A stretch of DNA of 64,000 nucleotides from Actinomycetota bacterium (GCA_026393095.1 JAPLAV010000046.1:3918-67917); one strand, 5' to 3'; shown: positions 1-11,945, counted from the stretch's first letter. Notes: generated by a model from the letters alone, not told the origin. Made by a program: numbers and translations.

Positions 1-481
1 CAATAAATGAGGAAACGGCAGCCAATTTAGCTGAAGGTAAAGCTCCAGCGGTTACACCAAATTCTTCTGAAGTGTGAGCATCCGCAAATGCATCAAAGTT
101 ATTACTTAATTCTTTTGAAAATTGCATGGCAACGGTTTCAGAAACGCCACGCTTCATCCAAACTTCAGCAAGTTCTCTAATTTCTGTTTCAGGATTTTCT
201 CTTAATTCTTGTTTTTCAAGTTCAATTTCAGCCATTGCTAATTCTGCTTGACTTGCAACTGAGGTGTATTCCCCCGCTGCCATTGAAAATGCACCCGCCA
301 ATAATCCTGCAAATCCTGCCAAAACAATTGCAGTTGTATTCTCTGCACCAATTGCTTTAGTTCCTCCAGCAACACCAATCATCAATGCAAAATTAGAAAC
401 AAGACCATCCATAGCTCCAAAGACAGCAGGACGCAACCATCCACCATTGACGTTTCTATGAATTGTTTCTGGATCGAGCAT
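1..481 (-). CDS. VIT1/CCC1-family (VIT) membrane protein, 3' end cut by window edge
   Basis: Not in the ORF track because it runs off the window. The reverse-strand ATG at 479-481 translates to MLDPETIHRNVNGGWLRPAVFGAMDGLVSNFALMIGVAGG..., which matches the conserved N-terminal block of VIT-family proteins. The listed + ORF 264-461 is its antisense shadow. Confidence 0.7.
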   Translation of the reverse strand, partial: MLDPETIHRNVNGGWLRPAVFGAMDGLVSNFALMIGVAGGTKAIGAENTTAIVLAGFAGLLAGAFSMAAGEYTSVASQAELAMAEIELEKQELRENPETEIRELAEVWMKRGVSETVAMQFSKELSNNFDAFADAHTSEEFGVTAGALPSAKLAAVSSFI

Positions 482-504
482 TTTCTGACCTTTGGTCACT
501 TTTA

Positions 505-1329
505 CTAACTCCTAAAAAGTTTTTTGTCTTGTCCTGGTCGGTATTTGTTGCTTAAAGCAAAATACACTAGCCCGCCAATTATAACGGCCAAGCTGGTGAA
601 AATGTTGAATCGCAATCCCAAAACTAGACGAGCTTCGTCAATTCGTAAGTTCTCAACGAATAATCGACCCACGCTGTAGAAAGACACATAAAGTGCAAAA
701 ACTCTGCCATGGCCTAATTTGAATCTCTTGTCTAGGTAAATAAGACCAAATCCTATAAGAACATTCCACAGCAACTCATACAAGAAAGTTGGGTGAAAAG
801 TTGTAAATGATTCAAATCCTGCTGGACGATACTTCTCAGCTATCTCTAATCCCCATGAAACATTCGTTGGTCTACCAAACAGTTCTTGATTGAAATAGTT
901 CCCTAGTCGACCAATGGCTTGAGCAAAAATTATTCCTGGAGCAATTGCATCTGCAAATGGTGGTAAATAAATCTTGTAATACTTACAACCAATCCATGCC
1001 CCAATTCCTCCAAAGAAGATCGCTCCCCAGATTCCTAATCCGCCGTTCCAAATTTTTAGTGCTTCAACCCAATTTTGATTAGCGCCAAAGTATTTCTCCC
1101 AATCAGTGGCAACGTGATAAATGCGGCCACCAATTATTCCAAATGGAACAGCAAAAATTGCTACATCACTTACTTGACCTAATTTTCCACCACGTTCAAT
1201 CCATCTTTTATTACCAAGCCAGATTGCAACAAATATTCCAATAATTATAAAAAGGGAATAAGCGCGCAGTGGAAGAGAACCGATGTATAAAACACCAGTG
1301 CTAGGACTTGGAATCGTAATTGGTATCAA
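505..1329 (-). CDS. lgt: prolipoprotein diacylglyceryl transferase
   Basis: 274 aa polytopic membrane protein with the Lgt signature GRLGNYFNQELFGRPT. It sits downstream of trpA, as in other Actinobacteria. Confidence 0.93.
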   Translation of the reverse strand: MIPITIPSPSTGVLYIGSLPLRAYSLFIIIGIFVAIWLGNKRWIERGGKLGQVSDVAIFAVPFGIIGGRIYHVATDWEKYFGANQNWVEALKIWNGGLGIWGAIFFGGIGAWIGCKYYKIYLPPFADAIAPGIIFAQAIGRLGNYFNQELFGRPTNVSWGLEIAEKYRPAGFESFTTFHPTFLYELLWNVLIGFGLIYLDKRFKLGHGRVFALYVSFYSVGRLFVENLRIDEARLVLGLRFNIFTSLAVIIGGLVYFALSNKYRPGQDKKLFRS

Positions 1330-1335
1330 GTCAAA

Positions 1336-2133
1336 TTACTTTCTAGCTTCAGCGACAACTCCTGCAAAACCTGCTGGGTCAGCAACAATTGCGGTATCAA
1401 TTAATTTGTCATTAAGGAAGAAAGAAGGAGTTCCTTGCACTCCCCGATCTTGAGCATGTAGTTGAGAGTTTTGAGCCCAACCTTTGTACTTCGCAGAACT
1501 AACACAAGTCTCAAAAGTTGTGTATGAATCTCCTTCAATGCCAACTTTTTTTCCAAGATCTAATAACTGTTGATCTGTGAAACCATCGCCTTCTTTGGAA
1601 GGTTGCATTGCAAAAACACCTGAATGATATTCAGCAGTTTTACCAGCATCAACCGCACAACCCAAGGCCATTGTGGCTCTTAGGGAAGCAAGTTGTGATT
1701 CTGGGAAGTTTCTATCTAGAAAAATCATTGGGTGCAATGTCAAATTAATATCACCTTTGACTGCTGTGTCAATTATGTTTTTTCCATTTGCTTCTTCTAA
1801 AAATCCACATGCTGGACATTGAAAGTCTTCGTATAATTCTGCTTTTGGCGCTGTTGGATCTTGTTTTCCAACCGGAACACCATAACCATTTTGTGCAGTA
1901 ACACCTTTAGGCAATTGTGCCGATGAATCATATTCAGTTACAGCTTCTGGAGTAACACTTAATTTTTGACTTTGACTTTTTGCATAAACGCCAGCACCGA
2001 TTAATCCAACAACTAATGTCAAAACGAACAAGCCACCTAAGATTTGGATTGTTTTGGCTCTCTTGCCATCTTGAGAATTAGCATTCGCACGCCCTGCAGC
2101 GGCTTTGTTACGGATATCGTCTGGGTTTGTCAT
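1336..2133 (-). CDS. membrane-anchored DsbA-family thiol:disulfide oxidoreductase
   Basis: N-terminal TM anchor (ILGGLFVLTLVVGLIGAGVYA), CxxC active site in YEDFQCPACGF, and the C-terminal GTPSFFLN motif typical of the DsbA/thioredoxin fold. Confidence 0.8.
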   Translation of the reverse strand: MTNPDDIRNKAAAGRANANSQDGKRAKTIQILGGLFVLTLVVGLIGAGVYAKSQSQKLSVTPEAVTEYDSSAQLPKGVTAQNGYGVPVGKQDPTAPKAELYEDFQCPACGFLEEANGKNIIDTAVKGDINLTLHPMIFLDRNFPESQLASLRATMALGCAVDAGKTAEYHSGVFAMQPSKEGDGFTDQQLLDLGKKVGIEGDSYTTFETCVSSAKYKGWAQNSQLHAQDRGVQGTPSFFLNDKLIDTAIVADPAGFAGVVAEARK

Positions 2134-2201
2134 AGTTTCACTCCACTTATTTATCGGCTTTAAACAATCTAATCAAGTAACTCAAGGTTGGCCAATTCTG
2201 G

Positions 2202-2999
2202 CTAGTCCTTACGAACACCTCGAGCAAAATCTTTGCTTAATTGAACAACCGCGACAACTGCCTTACTTAAATCTGGTTGTTCCAGGATCGCTTTCACAAA
2301 AGCACTTCCCACAATTACTCCATCTGCAAATTTGGCCACTTCGTGTGCTTGTTCTGAACTAGAGACTCCTAAACCAACTGCTACTGGAAGTTGAGTGTGA
2401 ACTCTAATTCTTTTAACTAGCTCTTCTGCTCGACTAGAAACTTCAGTTCTAGTTCCAGTAACACCCATCAAACTTGCGGCATACACAAAACCTGTCACAT
2501 TATTAGTCACTAGTTTTAATCTTTCTTCACTAGAACTTGGTGCTACAACAAAAACTCGATCTATCTTGTTTTGATCTGTTGCAGTAATCCACAAATCTGA
2601 TTCATCTGGTGGCAAATCTGGTGTGATTACCCCAACACCACCTGATTGATTCATTTGTTGAGCGTATTTTTCTACACCCCATTTTTCAATGGGACTCCAA
2701 TAACTCATGGTTAAAACAGGTTTACCTGTTTGGGAAACTTCTTTCACAATCTGCATCACTTCTTTTATGCCCGTTTTGTTGTGCAGCGCAATGTCTACTG
2801 CTTGTTGGATAATCGGACCATCCATTAATGGATCGCTATAAGGAACTCCTATTTCAACTAAATCAACACCGTTGTTTAGCATTTCTTGCATTATTTTTAT
2901 AGAACCTTCAATGGTTGGAAAACCTGCAGGCAAATATGCAATTAAAGCCGCTCTATTTTCAGACTTGGCCTTACTAAATGCTTCGTGAATCAAACTCAT
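2202..2999 (-). CDS. trpA: tryptophan synthase alpha chain
   Basis: 265 aa with [25 protein letters not shown] and [13 protein letters not shown] motifs. ATGA overlap with trpB. Confidence 0.95.
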   Translation of the reverse strand: MSLIHEAFSKAKSENRAALIAYLPAGFPTIEGSIKIMQEMLNNGVDLVEIGVPYSDPLMDGPIIQQAVDIALHNKTGIKEVMQIVKEVSQTGKPVLTMSYWSPIEKWGVEKYAQQMNQSGGVGVITPDLPPDESDLWITATDQNKIDRVFVVAPSSSEERLKLVTNNVTGFVYAASLMGVTGTRTEVSSRAEELVKRIRVHTQLPVAVGLGVSSSEQAHEVAKFADGVIVGSAFVKAILEQPDLSKAVVAVVQLSKDFARGVRKD

Positions 3000-4216
3000 G
3001 AATTAGAAGTTATCTTGAACCATTTAGCAGCTGTTTCAACATCTTTATCGCCTCTACCGCTGCAGTTAATAATAATTACTGCATCTTTACCTAATTCTTT
3101 TCCTAATTTAACTGTTCCGGCAATTGCATGAGCTGTTTCTATGGCAGGAATAATTCCTTCAGTTCTAGACAGCAATGAGAAAGCATCCATAGCCTCGGTG
3201 TCAGTTATTGGATGATAAAAAGCGCGACCAGTGTCTTTCAGCCAAGCATGTTCTGGTCCTACTCCTGGATAATCAAGTCCTGCAGAAATTGAGTGACTAG
3301 GTAAAGTTTGACCATTTTCATCCTGCAAAACATATGAACGTGTTCCATGCAAAATTCCAATGGTGCCACCTGAAAGAGTTGCTGCATGTCTGCCAGTTTC
3401 AATACCGTCTCCTGCTGCTTCATAACCATGAAGTTGCACATCTTTATCCAAAATAAAAGGATGGAACAAACCAATTGCATTTGATCCACCACCAACACAA
3501 GCTGTTACTGCGGTGGGAAGTTTTCCAGTCTTTTCTAATATTTGTTGTCTTGCTTCAACTCCCATAATGCTATGAAAATTTCGACCAATAGTTGGAAAAG
3601 GATGTGGACCTGCAACTGTGCCAAGTAAATAATGTGTTGATTCAACATTAGTTACCCAATCACGCATTGCTTCATTAATGGCATCTTTTAATGTTTTTGT
3701 TCCTGTAGTTACCGGCACAACAGTTGCACCCAGTAATTTCATTCGAGCAACATTTAGAGATTGACGAACTGTATCTTCTTCACCCATGTAAATAACACAT
3801 TCAAGACCAAATAAAGCAGCAGCTGTTGCTGTAGCAACGCCATGTTGTCCCGCACCAGTTTCGGCGATGATTCTTTTCTTTCCCATACGAACTGTTAGGA
3901 GTGCTTGACCAATAACGTTATTTATTTTGTGAGAACCAGTGTGGTTTAAATCTTCACGTTTCAAGAAAACTCGCGCGCCACCTGCATGCTTTGAAAAATT
4001 CTTGGCTTCAGTTAAAGGACTTGGTCTGCCAACATAATCTTTTAATAAGTTTTGGAAATCTTCATTAAATTTTGGATCTGCCGCTGCTTTTAAATACTCA
4101 TCTTCTAATTGATCTAATGCCGAAATTAATGCTTCTGGAACAAAGCGTCCACCAAATTGACCAAAATGTCCGGTCTCTTCATCAATTTTTTTTAGATCTT
4201 GTAAAAAAGTTGTCAT
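2996..4216 (-). CDS. trpB: tryptophan synthase beta chain
   Basis: 406 aa with the PLP-lysine motif [11 protein letters not shown], plus [10 protein letters not shown] and [10 protein letters not shown]. Confidence 0.97.
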   Translation of the reverse strand: MTTFLQDLKKIDEETGHFGQFGGRFVPEALISALDQLEDEYLKAAADPKFNEDFQNLLKDYVGRPSPLTEAKNFSKHAGGARVFLKREDLNHTGSHKINNVIGQALLTVRMGKKRIIAETGAGQHGVATATAAALFGLECVIYMGEEDTVRQSLNVARMKLLGATVVPVTTGTKTLKDAINEAMRDWVTNVESTHYLLGTVAGPHPFPTIGRNFHSIMGVEARQQILEKTGKLPTAVTACVGGGSNAIGLFHPFILDKDVQLHGYEAAGDGIETGRHAATLSGGTIGILHGTRSYVLQDENGQTLPSHSISAGLDYPGVGPEHAWLKDTGRAFYHPITDTEAMDAFSLLSRTEGIIPAIETAHAIAGTVKLGKELGKDAVIIINCSGRGDKDVETAAKWFKITSNS

Positions 4217-4220
4217 CTAT

Positions 4221-5030
4221 TTATCGACCATGATTCGTAGCAGGATGAGCTCCAGCTGTTACTAGTTCATGAACTGCAGCTCTTGGATCTTTGTTTATTA
4301 CTAAACTTTCGCCAACCAAAACAGCATGAGCGCCAGCGTTTGCGTAAGTAATGAGATCGTGTTTATCGCGAACACCAGATTCGGCAACCATGATGCATCC
4401 TGATGGAACTAATGGAGCAAGTTTTGCAAATGTATCTCTATCAACTTCTAAAGTCTTCAAATTTCTGGCATTTATACCAATTAGTTTGGCCCCTGCATCC
4501 GCTGCTCGTTTGACTTCTTCTTCAGTGTGAACTTCCACTAAAGGAGTAAGTCCGATGGTTTTTGATCTTTCGATTAAAGAAACTAATGCTTCTTGATCAA
4601 GAGCGGCCACTATTAATAACGCTAAATCAGCACCATGAGCACGAGATTCCCAAAGTTGATAGCTAGAAACAATAAAATCTTTTCTTAAAATTGGAATTTC
4701 AACTGCTTTTCTGACAGCAATTAAATCCGCAAGAGAGCCTTTAAATCTTCTTTCTTCAGTTAAAACACTGATACAGCTTGCGCCACCTGCTTCATATTCT
4801 TTGGCTAATAAAGCAGGATCTACGATCTCGGAAAGATCACCTTTAGATGGACTTGATCTTTTAACTTCTGCAATTACTGCTACTCCTGCTTCATCAAATA
4901 TTGGAAATGGGTCTAAAGCATCTGGAACTTTTTCTGCCAATGCTTTTAATTCTTCAATCGAAGTTTTTTCTTGTCTAATGCTTAAATCTTCACGAACGCC
5001 AACAATTATCTCGTCTAATACGCTCGTCAT
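4221..5030 (-). CDS. trpC: indole-3-glycerol phosphate synthase
   Basis: 269 aa with [26 protein letters not shown] and IGINARNL motifs. Lies in the trp operon context. Confidence 0.95.
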   Translation of the reverse strand: MTSVLDEIIVGVREDLSIRQEKTSIEELKALAEKVPDALDPFPIFDEAGVAVIAEVKRSSPSKGDLSEIVDPALLAKEYEAGGASCISVLTEERRFKGSLADLIAVRKAVEIPILRKDFIVSSYQLWESRAHGADLALLIVAALDQEALVSLIERSKTIGLTPLVEVHTEEEVKRAADAGAKLIGINARNLKTLEVDRDTFAKLAPLVPSGCIMVAESGVRDKHDLITYANAGAHAVLVGESLVINKDPRAAVHELVTAGAHPATNHGR

Positions 5031-5032
5031 TA

Positions 5033-5233
5033 TTATCCTTTAATTTTTCTTCTTGAACTTGCTTTTTCCCAGACGATCCAAACGATTCCACCGATTACAG
5101 TCAAAACAATTCCTGCCCAAAACATATTCCAGTTATTTTGCACCAAGCCAACTGTTGAGATAACGGAGGCAGCAATTATTACAAATGTGCCAGTCCAAGC
5201 TGCTGGTGTTTGGCCGTGATTATCTTTCGACAT
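5033..5233 (-). CDS. small HGxxPAAW-family membrane protein (trp-operon associated)
   Basis: 66 aa. The N-terminus [11 protein letters not shown] matches the HGxxPAAW motif and is followed by two TM helices. It occupies the trpE-trpC slot. Confidence 0.6.
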   Translation of the reverse strand: MSKDNHGQTPAAWTGTFVIIAASVISTVGLVQNNWNMFWAGIVLTVIGGIVWIVWEKASSRRKIKG

Positions 5234-5265
5234 TAATTAATTCTCCCTATAGAAAATTTATGTTA

Positions 5266-6792
5266 TTAGCCTAATGACGACGCTACTGCTACTGCTCTGA
5301 GTACCACGGCTGCCTTGTTCTGGCATTCCATGTCTTCACTACTTGGCACAGAATCAGCAACTACTCCTGCTCCTGCTTGTACATAAGCAACACCATCTTT
5401 AAGTAGTGCAGTTCTAATGGTGATTGCTACATCCATATTCCCCGCGAAATCAAAGTAACCCAACGCCCCACCATAGATACCACGCTTGACCGGTTCAAGT
5501 TCATCAATAATTTCCATCGCTCTTACCTTTGGTGCACCTGAAAGTGTTCCGGCTGGAAACGTTGCCTTTAGTGCATCAGCAGAGGTGATGTTGTCATTTA
5601 AAGTTCCTGTGACAGTTGAAACCAAATGCATTACATGGCTATATCTTTCAACTTGCATAAATTGCACAACTTCAACAGTTCCTGGTTTACAGACTCTGCC
5701 TAAATCATTTCGTCCAAGATCTACCAACATTAAATGTTCTGCTTTTTCCTTAGGATCATTTAATAATTCAACTGCAGTTTTTTCATCTTCTAATTGATTT
5801 TTTGAACGAGGGCGAGTGCCTGCAATCGGATGCATCATTGCTTTCCGATCCTTAACCGTTACTAATGCTTCAGGACTTGATCCAATGATTTCAAATTCTG
5901 TAGCAGTTAAATCTGTTGTTGGAATATTTAGGTAATACATATAAGGACTGGGATTAGTGCTTCTTAAGACTCGATAAATATCAAGTCCCTTTGCTTGAGT
6001 TTTGGTATCAAATCTTTGAGACAAGACAATTTGAAAAGCATCCCCTGCTTCCACATATTCAATGGCTCTTTTAACAGAATTCTGATAATCCTGACTTGTT
6101 GTTCTATTTGTAAATTGCGGTTTGGCTTCAGTATTGAAGGCTGATCCAACTTGAGATTGTGGTGCATTTAATGAAACTTGCATCGCATCTAATCTCTTTA
6201 AGGCATCCTCATAAGCATCATCAACACGTTCATCTGTTCCGTCATAATTAACAGCATTAGCAATTAGCCACACTGAACCATCCACGTGATCAAGTACCGC
6301 AAAATCTGTTGCAAGCAGCATCACTAAATCAGGAACATTTGTTTCATCTGGATTATTGGCAGGAATTTTTTCAAATAATCTAACGATGTCATAAGCCATA
6401 TAGCCCACTAATCCACCAGTTAAGGGAGGCAAATTTGGTAATGGTTTAGTAACTAGAAAATCTAAAGTTTGTTTAAATACATCCCAAATTTGTCCTTCAA
6501 GTAATACACCTTTAGGAGGTTTCCCTGTCCACAAAGCTTTACCGTTGTCACTTCTTAATGCGGCAGGACTTGAAACTCCAATAAAGGAATATCTTGACCA
6601 ACTTTGTCCATGTTCAGCGGATTCCAAAAGAAAAGTGCCAGGTCTTTCGTTTGCTAAAGCTTTATATAAACCAACAGGAGTAAATGAATCTCCAATTAAT
6701 CGTCTAACAACAGGAATGACTCTTCGATCTAGTGCGTAGCTTTTAAATGTATCCAAATCTGGGGTTGTTACCCCAAGTTTAAAGTGCTCCAT
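5266..6792 (-). CDS. trpE: anthranilate synthase component I
   Basis: 508 aa chorismate-binding enzyme with LLESAE, GSSPE, HPIAGTRPR, MLVDLGRNDLGRV and GGALGYFDF motifs. Confidence 0.95.
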   Translation of the reverse strand: MEHFKLGVTTPDLDTFKSYALDRRVIPVVRRLIGDSFTPVGLYKALANERPGTFLLESAEHGQSWSRYSFIGVSSPAALRSDNGKALWTGKPPKGVLLEGQIWDVFKQTLDFLVTKPLPNLPPLTGGLVGYMAYDIVRLFEKIPANNPDETNVPDLVMLLATDFAVLDHVDGSVWLIANAVNYDGTDERVDDAYEDALKRLDAMQVSLNAPQSQVGSAFNTEAKPQFTNRTTSQDYQNSVKRAIEYVEAGDAFQIVLSQRFDTKTQAKGLDIYRVLRSTNPSPYMYYLNIPTTDLTATEFEIIGSSPEALVTVKDRKAMMHPIAGTRPRSKNQLEDEKTAVELLNDPKEKAEHLMLVDLGRNDLGRVCKPGTVEVVQFMQVERYSHVMHLVSTVTGTLNDNITSADALKATFPAGTLSGAPKVRAMEIIDELEPVKRGIYGGALGYFDFAGNMDVAITIRTALLKDGVAYVQAGAGVVADSVPSSEDMECQNKAAVVLRAVAVASSLG

Positions 6793-6795
6793 TAT

Positions 6796-7155
6796 TTATT
6801 TCTCAGACCAAACAAGAACTCCATCAAAACAAGATTTATCACCGGTGTGACAAGCCACACCTTTTTGTTCAACTTTTAATAGCACTGTGTCAGCGTCGCA
6901 ATCAATTCTTAACTCAACCACTTTTTGAGTATTGCCTGATTCTTCACCTTTAATCCAGAGTTTATTCCTTGATCTAGAAAAATAGGTGGCACTCTTTGTT
7001 TCTAAAGTTTTAGTAAATGCTTCTTGATTCATCCAAGCCATCATGAGAACAACATTTGACGAAGCATCGGTTGTGACAACTGGCACTAGACCTTGTTCGT
7101 TTGGCTTTAACGAAGCCCAATATTCAGAAATTGCTGTGCGAGAAAGATCTGTCAT
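6796..7155 (-). CDS. hisI: phosphoribosyl-AMP cyclohydrolase
   Basis: The C-terminal 119 aa carry [27 protein letters not shown] and [21 protein letters not shown]. The 190-aa track ORF has an implausible N-terminal extension. Candidate starts are ATG 7155 (preferred) or ATG 7203. Confidence 0.85.
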   Translation of the reverse strand: MTDLSRTAISEYWASLKPNEQGLVPVVTTDASSNVVLMMAWMNQEAFTKTLETKSATYFSRSRNKLWIKGEESGNTQKVVELRIDCDADTVLLKVEQKGVACHTGDKSCFDGVLVWSEK

Positions 7156-7220
7156 GTGCTTATTCTTGCCTAAGGTGTCACCAATAATTTCGCTAGGTCT
7201 CATTGCCGTAAGGTTTAGAT

Positions 7221-7850
7221 ATGACCTCATTAGCCAAACGCGAAAGATATGCGATTGCCCAAACTTTAAGAAACCTTGGCCCAGATGCGCCAACTCTTTG
7301 TGAAGGTTGGACTGCCTTTGATTTGCTTGTGCATTTAATCTCACGAGAAAACAGACCTGATGCAGCAATTGGAATTCTAATTCCAGCTTTTTCTCAATAC
7401 TCCAAAAAAGTTGCTGATGATATTAAGCAACGTGGCTTTGAATCTTTAGTTCAAGAATTTGAAGATGGTCCAAAACAATTTTCCCCTTTTGCTATTCCTG
7501 GGATAGATAATTTAGCTAATTCATTTGAATTCCTGGTTCATCACGAAGATCTTTTAAGAGCTCAACCAAATTATGTTGCTCGTGTATTTGGAGATCTTGA
7601 TAAGAAGTTGTTATGGAAGCGCTTTACTCAGTCAGGAAGACTATTTCTACGTAAAGCAAAAGTTGGCATTATTGCCAAATCAGATCAAGGAGTATTTACC
7701 ATCAAATCAGGCAATAGTTGTGTGACGATGGAAGGCGACGTTGTCGATCTAATTCTTTATTCCTTTGGCAGAAAATCTGCTGCAAACATCAAATTTGACG
7801 GCGATGAGGAATCAATCAGAATACTTAAAGAAACGAAATTCAGTCTCTAA
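7221..7850 (+). CDS. mycothiol-dependent maleylpyruvate-isomerase-like (DinB/MDMPI_N, TIGR03085-like) protein
   Basis: 209 aa. The N-terminal [14 protein letters not shown] block is typical of MDMPI_N/DinB-fold actinobacterial proteins. It is embedded in the his cluster and convergently overlaps hisF by 11 nt. Confidence 0.6.
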   Translation: MTSLAKRERYAIAQTLRNLGPDAPTLCEGWTAFDLLVHLISRENRPDAAIGILIPAFSQYSKKVADDIKQRGFESLVQEFEDGPKQFSPFAIPGIDNLANSFEFLVHHEDLLRAQPNYVARVFGDLDKKLLWKRFTQSGRLFLRKAKVGIIAKSDQGVFTIKSGNSCVTMEGDVVDLILYSFGRKSAANIKFDGDEESIRILKETKFSL

Positions 7851-8610
7851 CTTCTACGTTTTTTCTCTTTAATTCTGACTTGAGATCTTTAATTTCAATT
7901 TCTTTAAAGTGAAAAACACTAGCTGCAAGTAATGCATCAGCACCAGCTGTTACTGCTGGATAAAAATCAGTTATTTTACCTGCTCCCCCACTAGCAATTA
8001 GTGGCACTGAAACATTTGACCTAATTAGTTTGATTAAATCCAAATCGAATCCATCTTTAGTGCCGTCTTTATCCATGGAATTCAAAAGCACTTCTCCAGC
8101 ACCTCTTTGCACTGCTTCTTTTGTCCAAGCTAAAGCATCTAAACCTGCACTTTTTGTGCCACCATGAGTTGTCACTGCAAATCCAGAGGGAGCATGTTTT
8201 TCATTTGATCTTCGAGCATCAATAGAAATCACTAATACTTGAGAACCAAATCTTTGGGCGATCTGATTTATAAGCTCAGGATTATTTATGGCACTGGTGT
8301 TAATAGAAACCTTGTCAGCACCAGCTCTTAACAATTTGTCAACATCATCAACACTTTTTATTCCCCCACCAACGGTTAATGGAATAAACACGACATCAGC
8401 GGTCTTTTTTACAACTTCAAGCATTGTGTCTTTGTCATCTCTTGAGGCAGAAATATCCAGAAATGTTAATTCGTCAGCACCAGTTTGGGCATAGAATTTT
8501 GCCAACTCAACTGGATCTCCAGCATCTTTTAAGTCTTGAAAATTAACACCTTTGACTACTCTTCCGTTGTCAACATCAAGACAAGGAATGACTCTGGTAG
8601 CTAAAGTCAT
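7840..8610 (-). CDS. hisF: imidazole glycerol phosphate synthase, cyclase subunit
   Basis: 256 aa with [24 protein letters not shown] and ASGGAG motifs. Confidence 0.96.
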   Translation of the reverse strand: MTLATRVIPCLDVDNGRVVKGVNFQDLKDAGDPVELAKFYAQTGADELTFLDISASRDDKDTMLEVVKKTADVVFIPLTVGGGIKSVDDVDKLLRAGADKVSINTSAINNPELINQIAQRFGSQVLVISIDARRSNEKHAPSGFAVTTHGGTKSAGLDALAWTKEAVQRGAGEVLLNSMDKDGTKDGFDLDLIKLIRSNVSVPLIASGGAGKITDFYPAVTAGADALLAASVFHFKEIEIKDLKSELKRKNVEVRD

Positions 8611-9335
8611 TATTGATTCGCAATTCTTAGTGCATCTTTTAAAGTAAATTTCTGTGCATAAAGAGCTTTGCCAACAATGGCTCCTTCAACTCCAATATTG
8701 GTTAATTGTCTTAATTCAGCAATGTCAGAAAGTTGAGCTATGCCACCTGAAGCAATAACTGGCTTATTTGTGTAATCAAGGATTTCTCTTAGTAAAGCAG
8801 TATTAGGTCCTTGCAAAGTTCCATCTTTTGTAACATCAGTTACAACATATCTGGCAGCGTTATCTTTATCTAGTCTCTGCAATGTTTCAATAAGTTCGCC
8901 ACCCTCTTTAGTCCAACCACGTGCGGCCAAATTTCTACCTCGCACATCTAAACCAATTGCAATTTTGTCACCATGTTGAGCAATTACCTTTGCAGTCCAA
9001 TCAGGATTTTCTAGAGCTGCAGTTCCTAAATTAATACGAGCTGCTCCAGTTGCTAAAGCATTATTAAGAGATTCATCATCCCGAATGCCACCAGACAACT
9101 CAACTTTAATATCAAGTTTTGCTGTAACTTCTTTCAATAATTCTCTGTTACTTCCTTTGCCAAATGCTGCATCTAAATCAACTAAATGAATCCATTCAGC
9201 TCCTTGTTCTTGCCAAGCCAAAGCTGCATCAAGAGGTGAGCCATAAGAAGTTTCAGTTCCTAATTCACCTTGTACTAATCGAACTGCTTGTCCATCGGCA
9301 ACATCAACTGCTGGAAGAAGTATTAGTGGTTTCAT
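8610..9335 (-). CDS. hisA: ProFAR isomerase HisA, probably the bifunctional PriA (HisA/TrpF) type
   Basis: 241 aa with [22 protein letters not shown] and ASGGI motifs. There is no trpF in the adjacent trp operon, which fits the actinobacterial PriA arrangement; bifunctionality is inference. Confidence 0.9.
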   Translation of the reverse strand: MKPLILLPAVDVADGQAVRLVQGELGTETSYGSPLDAALAWQEQGAEWIHLVDLDAAFGKGSNRELLKEVTAKLDIKVELSGGIRDDESLNNALATGAARINLGTAALENPDWTAKVIAQHGDKIAIGLDVRGRNLAARGWTKEGGELIETLQRLDKDNAARYVVTDVTKDGTLQGPNTALLREILDYTNKPVIASGGIAQLSDIAELRQLTNIGVEGAIVGKALYAQKFTLKDALRIANQ

Positions 9336-9336
9336 A

Positions 9337-9966
9337 TTAAACAGTCTCCAACCAATTGCTTAAAAGTTGTAATCCAGCTTCCCCTGATTTTTCAGGATGA
9401 AACTGAGTTGCTGATAGTGGCCCATTTTCAACACTGGCTAAGAATTTTTCTCCATGCATTGCAAAGTGTTTCAATGGCGCATCAATTTTTTTGGTTCCAT
9501 GCAGGTTTAAATCTTTGGCAGCAAACGAATGAACAAAGTAGAATTTTTCAGCTTCAACGCCCTTAAACAGTTTTGAGCCATTTCCTATTTGCACGTTATT
9601 CCAACCCATGTGAGGCAAGATTGAAGCTTTAATCTCAGTTACATCTCCTGGCCACTGGTGTAATCCAGCAGTTTTTTCTCCATGCTCTAAACCATGTTCA
9701 AACATCACTTGCATTCCAACACAAATTCCTAACACGAAACGATTTCCTGCAAGTCTTTTATCAACTATTTCTGATCCTCGATATTTGTTGATTCCTTGCA
9801 TGCAAGCAGCGAAAGCACCAACTCCAGGAATAATTAATCCTTCAGCATTTAAGCAGGTTTCGAAATCATTTGAGACAACAACATTTGCGCCGATTTTTTG
9901 TAAACCTTTTTGAACAGATCTAATATTTCCTGATCCATAATCAAGAACAACAATATTTTTAGACAT
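9337..9966 (-). CDS. hisH: imidazole glycerol phosphate synthase, glutamine amidotransferase subunit
   Basis: 209 aa class-I GATase with [21 protein letters not shown] and QFHPEKS motifs. Confidence 0.95.
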   Translation of the reverse strand: MSKNIVVLDYGSGNIRSVQKGLQKIGANVVVSNDFETCLNAEGLIIPGVGAFAACMQGINKYRGSEIVDKRLAGNRFVLGICVGMQVMFEHGLEHGEKTAGLHQWPGDVTEIKASILPHMGWNNVQIGNGSKLFKGVEAEKFYFVHSFAAKDLNLHGTKKIDAPLKHFAMHGEKFLASVENGPLSATQFHPEKSGEAGLQLLSNWLETV

Positions 9967-9995
9967 TAAAACCCAAGTTTAAACATGAGTTTTAT

Positions 9996-10583
9996 CTACA
10001 GCACACCCTTGGTTGAGGGAATACCAACAGATTTAGCATCAAAGGCAACAGCATCTCTTAACGCTCTAGCCACAGCTTTGAATTGTGCTTCGACAACGTG
10101 GTGAGCATTTCTTCCTTCTAGGACTTTGATGTGCAAAGTTATATCTGCACTGTTAACAAATGATTCCCAAATGTGTTTGGTAAGTGTTGTGTCATATGAA
10201 CCAATCATCGGAGCAATTTCTGTTTCACTGTGTACTAAATATGGTCTGCCAGATAAATCAACTGCAGCTCTAACTAAAACTTCATCCAATGGCAAAGTCG
10301 CATCGCCATATCTTCTGATACCTGATTTATCTCCTAGAGCTTCTTTGAATGCAGTTCCTAGAGCTAAAGCTGTGTCTTCAATGGTGTGGTGTTCATCAAC
10401 TGAAATATCACCTTTAGTTTTTACATTTAAATCAAATGCACCGTGTTTGCCTAATTGGCTCAACATGTGATCATAAAACGGAACACCAGTGTCTACTGTG
10501 ACTTCACCGGTTCCATCTAGATTAATTTCAACAAGTACGTCGCTTTCTTTTGTAGTGCGAGCTACGCGCCCTTTTCTACTCAC
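9996..10583 (-). CDS. hisB: imidazoleglycerol-phosphate dehydratase
   Basis: 195 aa with FYDHML, DEHHTIEDTALALG and GRNAHHVVEAQFKA motifs. Confidence 0.95.
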   Translation of the reverse strand: MSRKGRVARTTKESDVLVEINLDGTGEVTVDTGVPFYDHMLSQLGKHGAFDLNVKTKGDISVDEHHTIEDTALALGTAFKEALGDKSGIRRYGDATLPLDEVLVRAAVDLSGRPYLVHSETEIAPMIGSYDTTLTKHIWESFVNSADITLHIKVLEGRNAHHVVEAQFKAVARALRDAVAFDAKSVGIPSTKGVL

Positions 10584-10649
10584 GACTTACTCCTTCTCTA
10601 TTTACGTAAATCTAATTATTGTTCATCAATGATTTCTCATTGAATGCGG

Positions 10650-11945
10650 TCAAGGTTTTTCGAACCGAATATCTACAGCTTGAGCATGAGCAGGCAAATC
10701 TTCAGCATGCGCCAGTGATCTTATTTGATTGGCAGCTTCTTGCAAAGCCTCTTTGGAATAATTGATGTAGTGCACGCCTCTTAAAAATGTTTGAACTGAC
10801 AATCCAGATGAGTGACAGGCACAACCTCCAGTTGGCAAAACATGATTGCTACCGGCTAAATAATCCCCTAGCGAAACTGGAGCGTGAGCTCCCACAAATA
10901 TTGCACCAGCATTTTTAACTCTTCTAGCAACAGTTTCTGCATCAAGTGTGTGGATTTCTAAATGTTCTGCAGCATATTGATCAACTACAGCTAAACCTTG
11001 TTCAGTGTCTTTAACCAACACAATTGCACTTTGCACACCACTTAAAGCCTGATTAATTCGAGCAGAGTGCTTAGTCTGAGGAACTTGCAACTCTAATTCT
11101 TTCACAACATTGTTTGCTAGTTCTTCTGATGTCGTAACCAAAACACTTGAAGCAATCACATCATGTTCTGCTTGACTAATTAAGTCAGAAGCAATCCAAG
11201 ATGCATTTCCTGAATCATCTGCCAAAATTGCAATCTCGGTAGGGCCTGCTTCACTATCAATGCCAATTAATCCTCTTAAAATTCTTTTTGCTGCAGTGAC
11301 ATAAATATTTCCTGGACCTGTGACCATATTTACTGGTTCGCAAGTTTTTGAACCATAAGCAAACATGGCGATTGCTTGAGCACCGCCTGCGGCATAAATT
11401 TCTGTTATTCCTAAAATTTTGCAAGCAGCAAGAATTGTTTTGTTAGGCCAGCCATCGTTTTCTTTTTGAGCAGGACTTGCCACAGCAATTGATCTAACTC
11501 CTGCAACTTGGGCAGGAACAACATTCATGACCACACTTGATGGATAAACAGCGTTACCACCTGGAACATATAAACCAACGCGATCTACAGGTAACCAGCG
11601 TTCACTTACTGTGCCCCCATTTACAACTTCTGTTTGTGAATCTTTTCTTACTTGTGATTGGTGCACAGTCTTACTTCTCTTAATTGCTTCCTCTAAAGCT
11701 TCAATTACATCTGATGACATTTCACTGAACGCTTTATCAATAACTTCCTGTGGGACTCTTAAAGATTGAGGTTTGACCCCATCTAGTTTTTCTGTCCAGT
11801 TCATGATGGCTTGATCGCCATTTTGCTTCACATCTTCAATAATGGGTTTGACTGTATTAATGACAGATTCAACATCTAATTGAGCACGTTGCACCACGGG
11901 GCGAGGTAATTTCTCGACTTTTCTTAAATCAATGCGACGAATCAT
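10650..11945 (-). CDS. hisD: histidinol dehydrogenase
   Basis: 431 aa with [23 protein letters not shown] and NHVLPTGG motifs. Confidence 0.95.
   Translation of the reverse strand: MIRRIDLRKVEKLPRPVVQRAQLDVESVINTVKPIIEDVKQNGDQAIMNWTEKLDGVKPQSLRVPQEVIDKAFSEMSSDVIEALEEAIKRSKTVHQSQVRKDSQTEVVNGGTVSERWLPVDRVGLYVPGGNAVYPSSVVMNVVPAQVAGVRSIAVASPAQKENDGWPNKTILAACKILGITEIYAAGGAQAIAMFAYGSKTCEPVNMVTGPGNIYVTAAKRILRGLIGIDSEAGPTEIAILADDSGNASWIASDLISQAEHDVIASSVLVTTSEELANNVVKELELQVPQTKHSARINQALSGVQSAIVLVKDTEQGLAVVDQYAAEHLEIHTLDAETVARRVKNAGAIFVGAHAPVSLGDYLAGSNHVLPTGGCACHSSGLSVQTFLRGVHYINYSKEALQEAANQIRSLAHAEDLPAHAQAVDIRFEKP

Noticed and set aside
264-461. A plus-strand 65-aa ORF at the left edge of the window.
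   Set aside because: It is the antisense shadow of the minus-strand VIT-family gene, whose translation (MLDPETIHRNVNGGWLRPAVFGAMDGLVSNF...) is clearly a real protein.
6796-7368. The 190-aa version of hisI, the 501-aa version of murD (to 38217) and the 247-aa version of the Lon-N protein (from 11932) as given in the ORF track.
   Set aside because: The N-terminal extensions have no homology-like features. They overlap neighbouring genes (the divergent gene at 7221, the mraY 3' end, the hisD 5' end), and internal starts reproduce the canonical N-termini. The shorter models were used.
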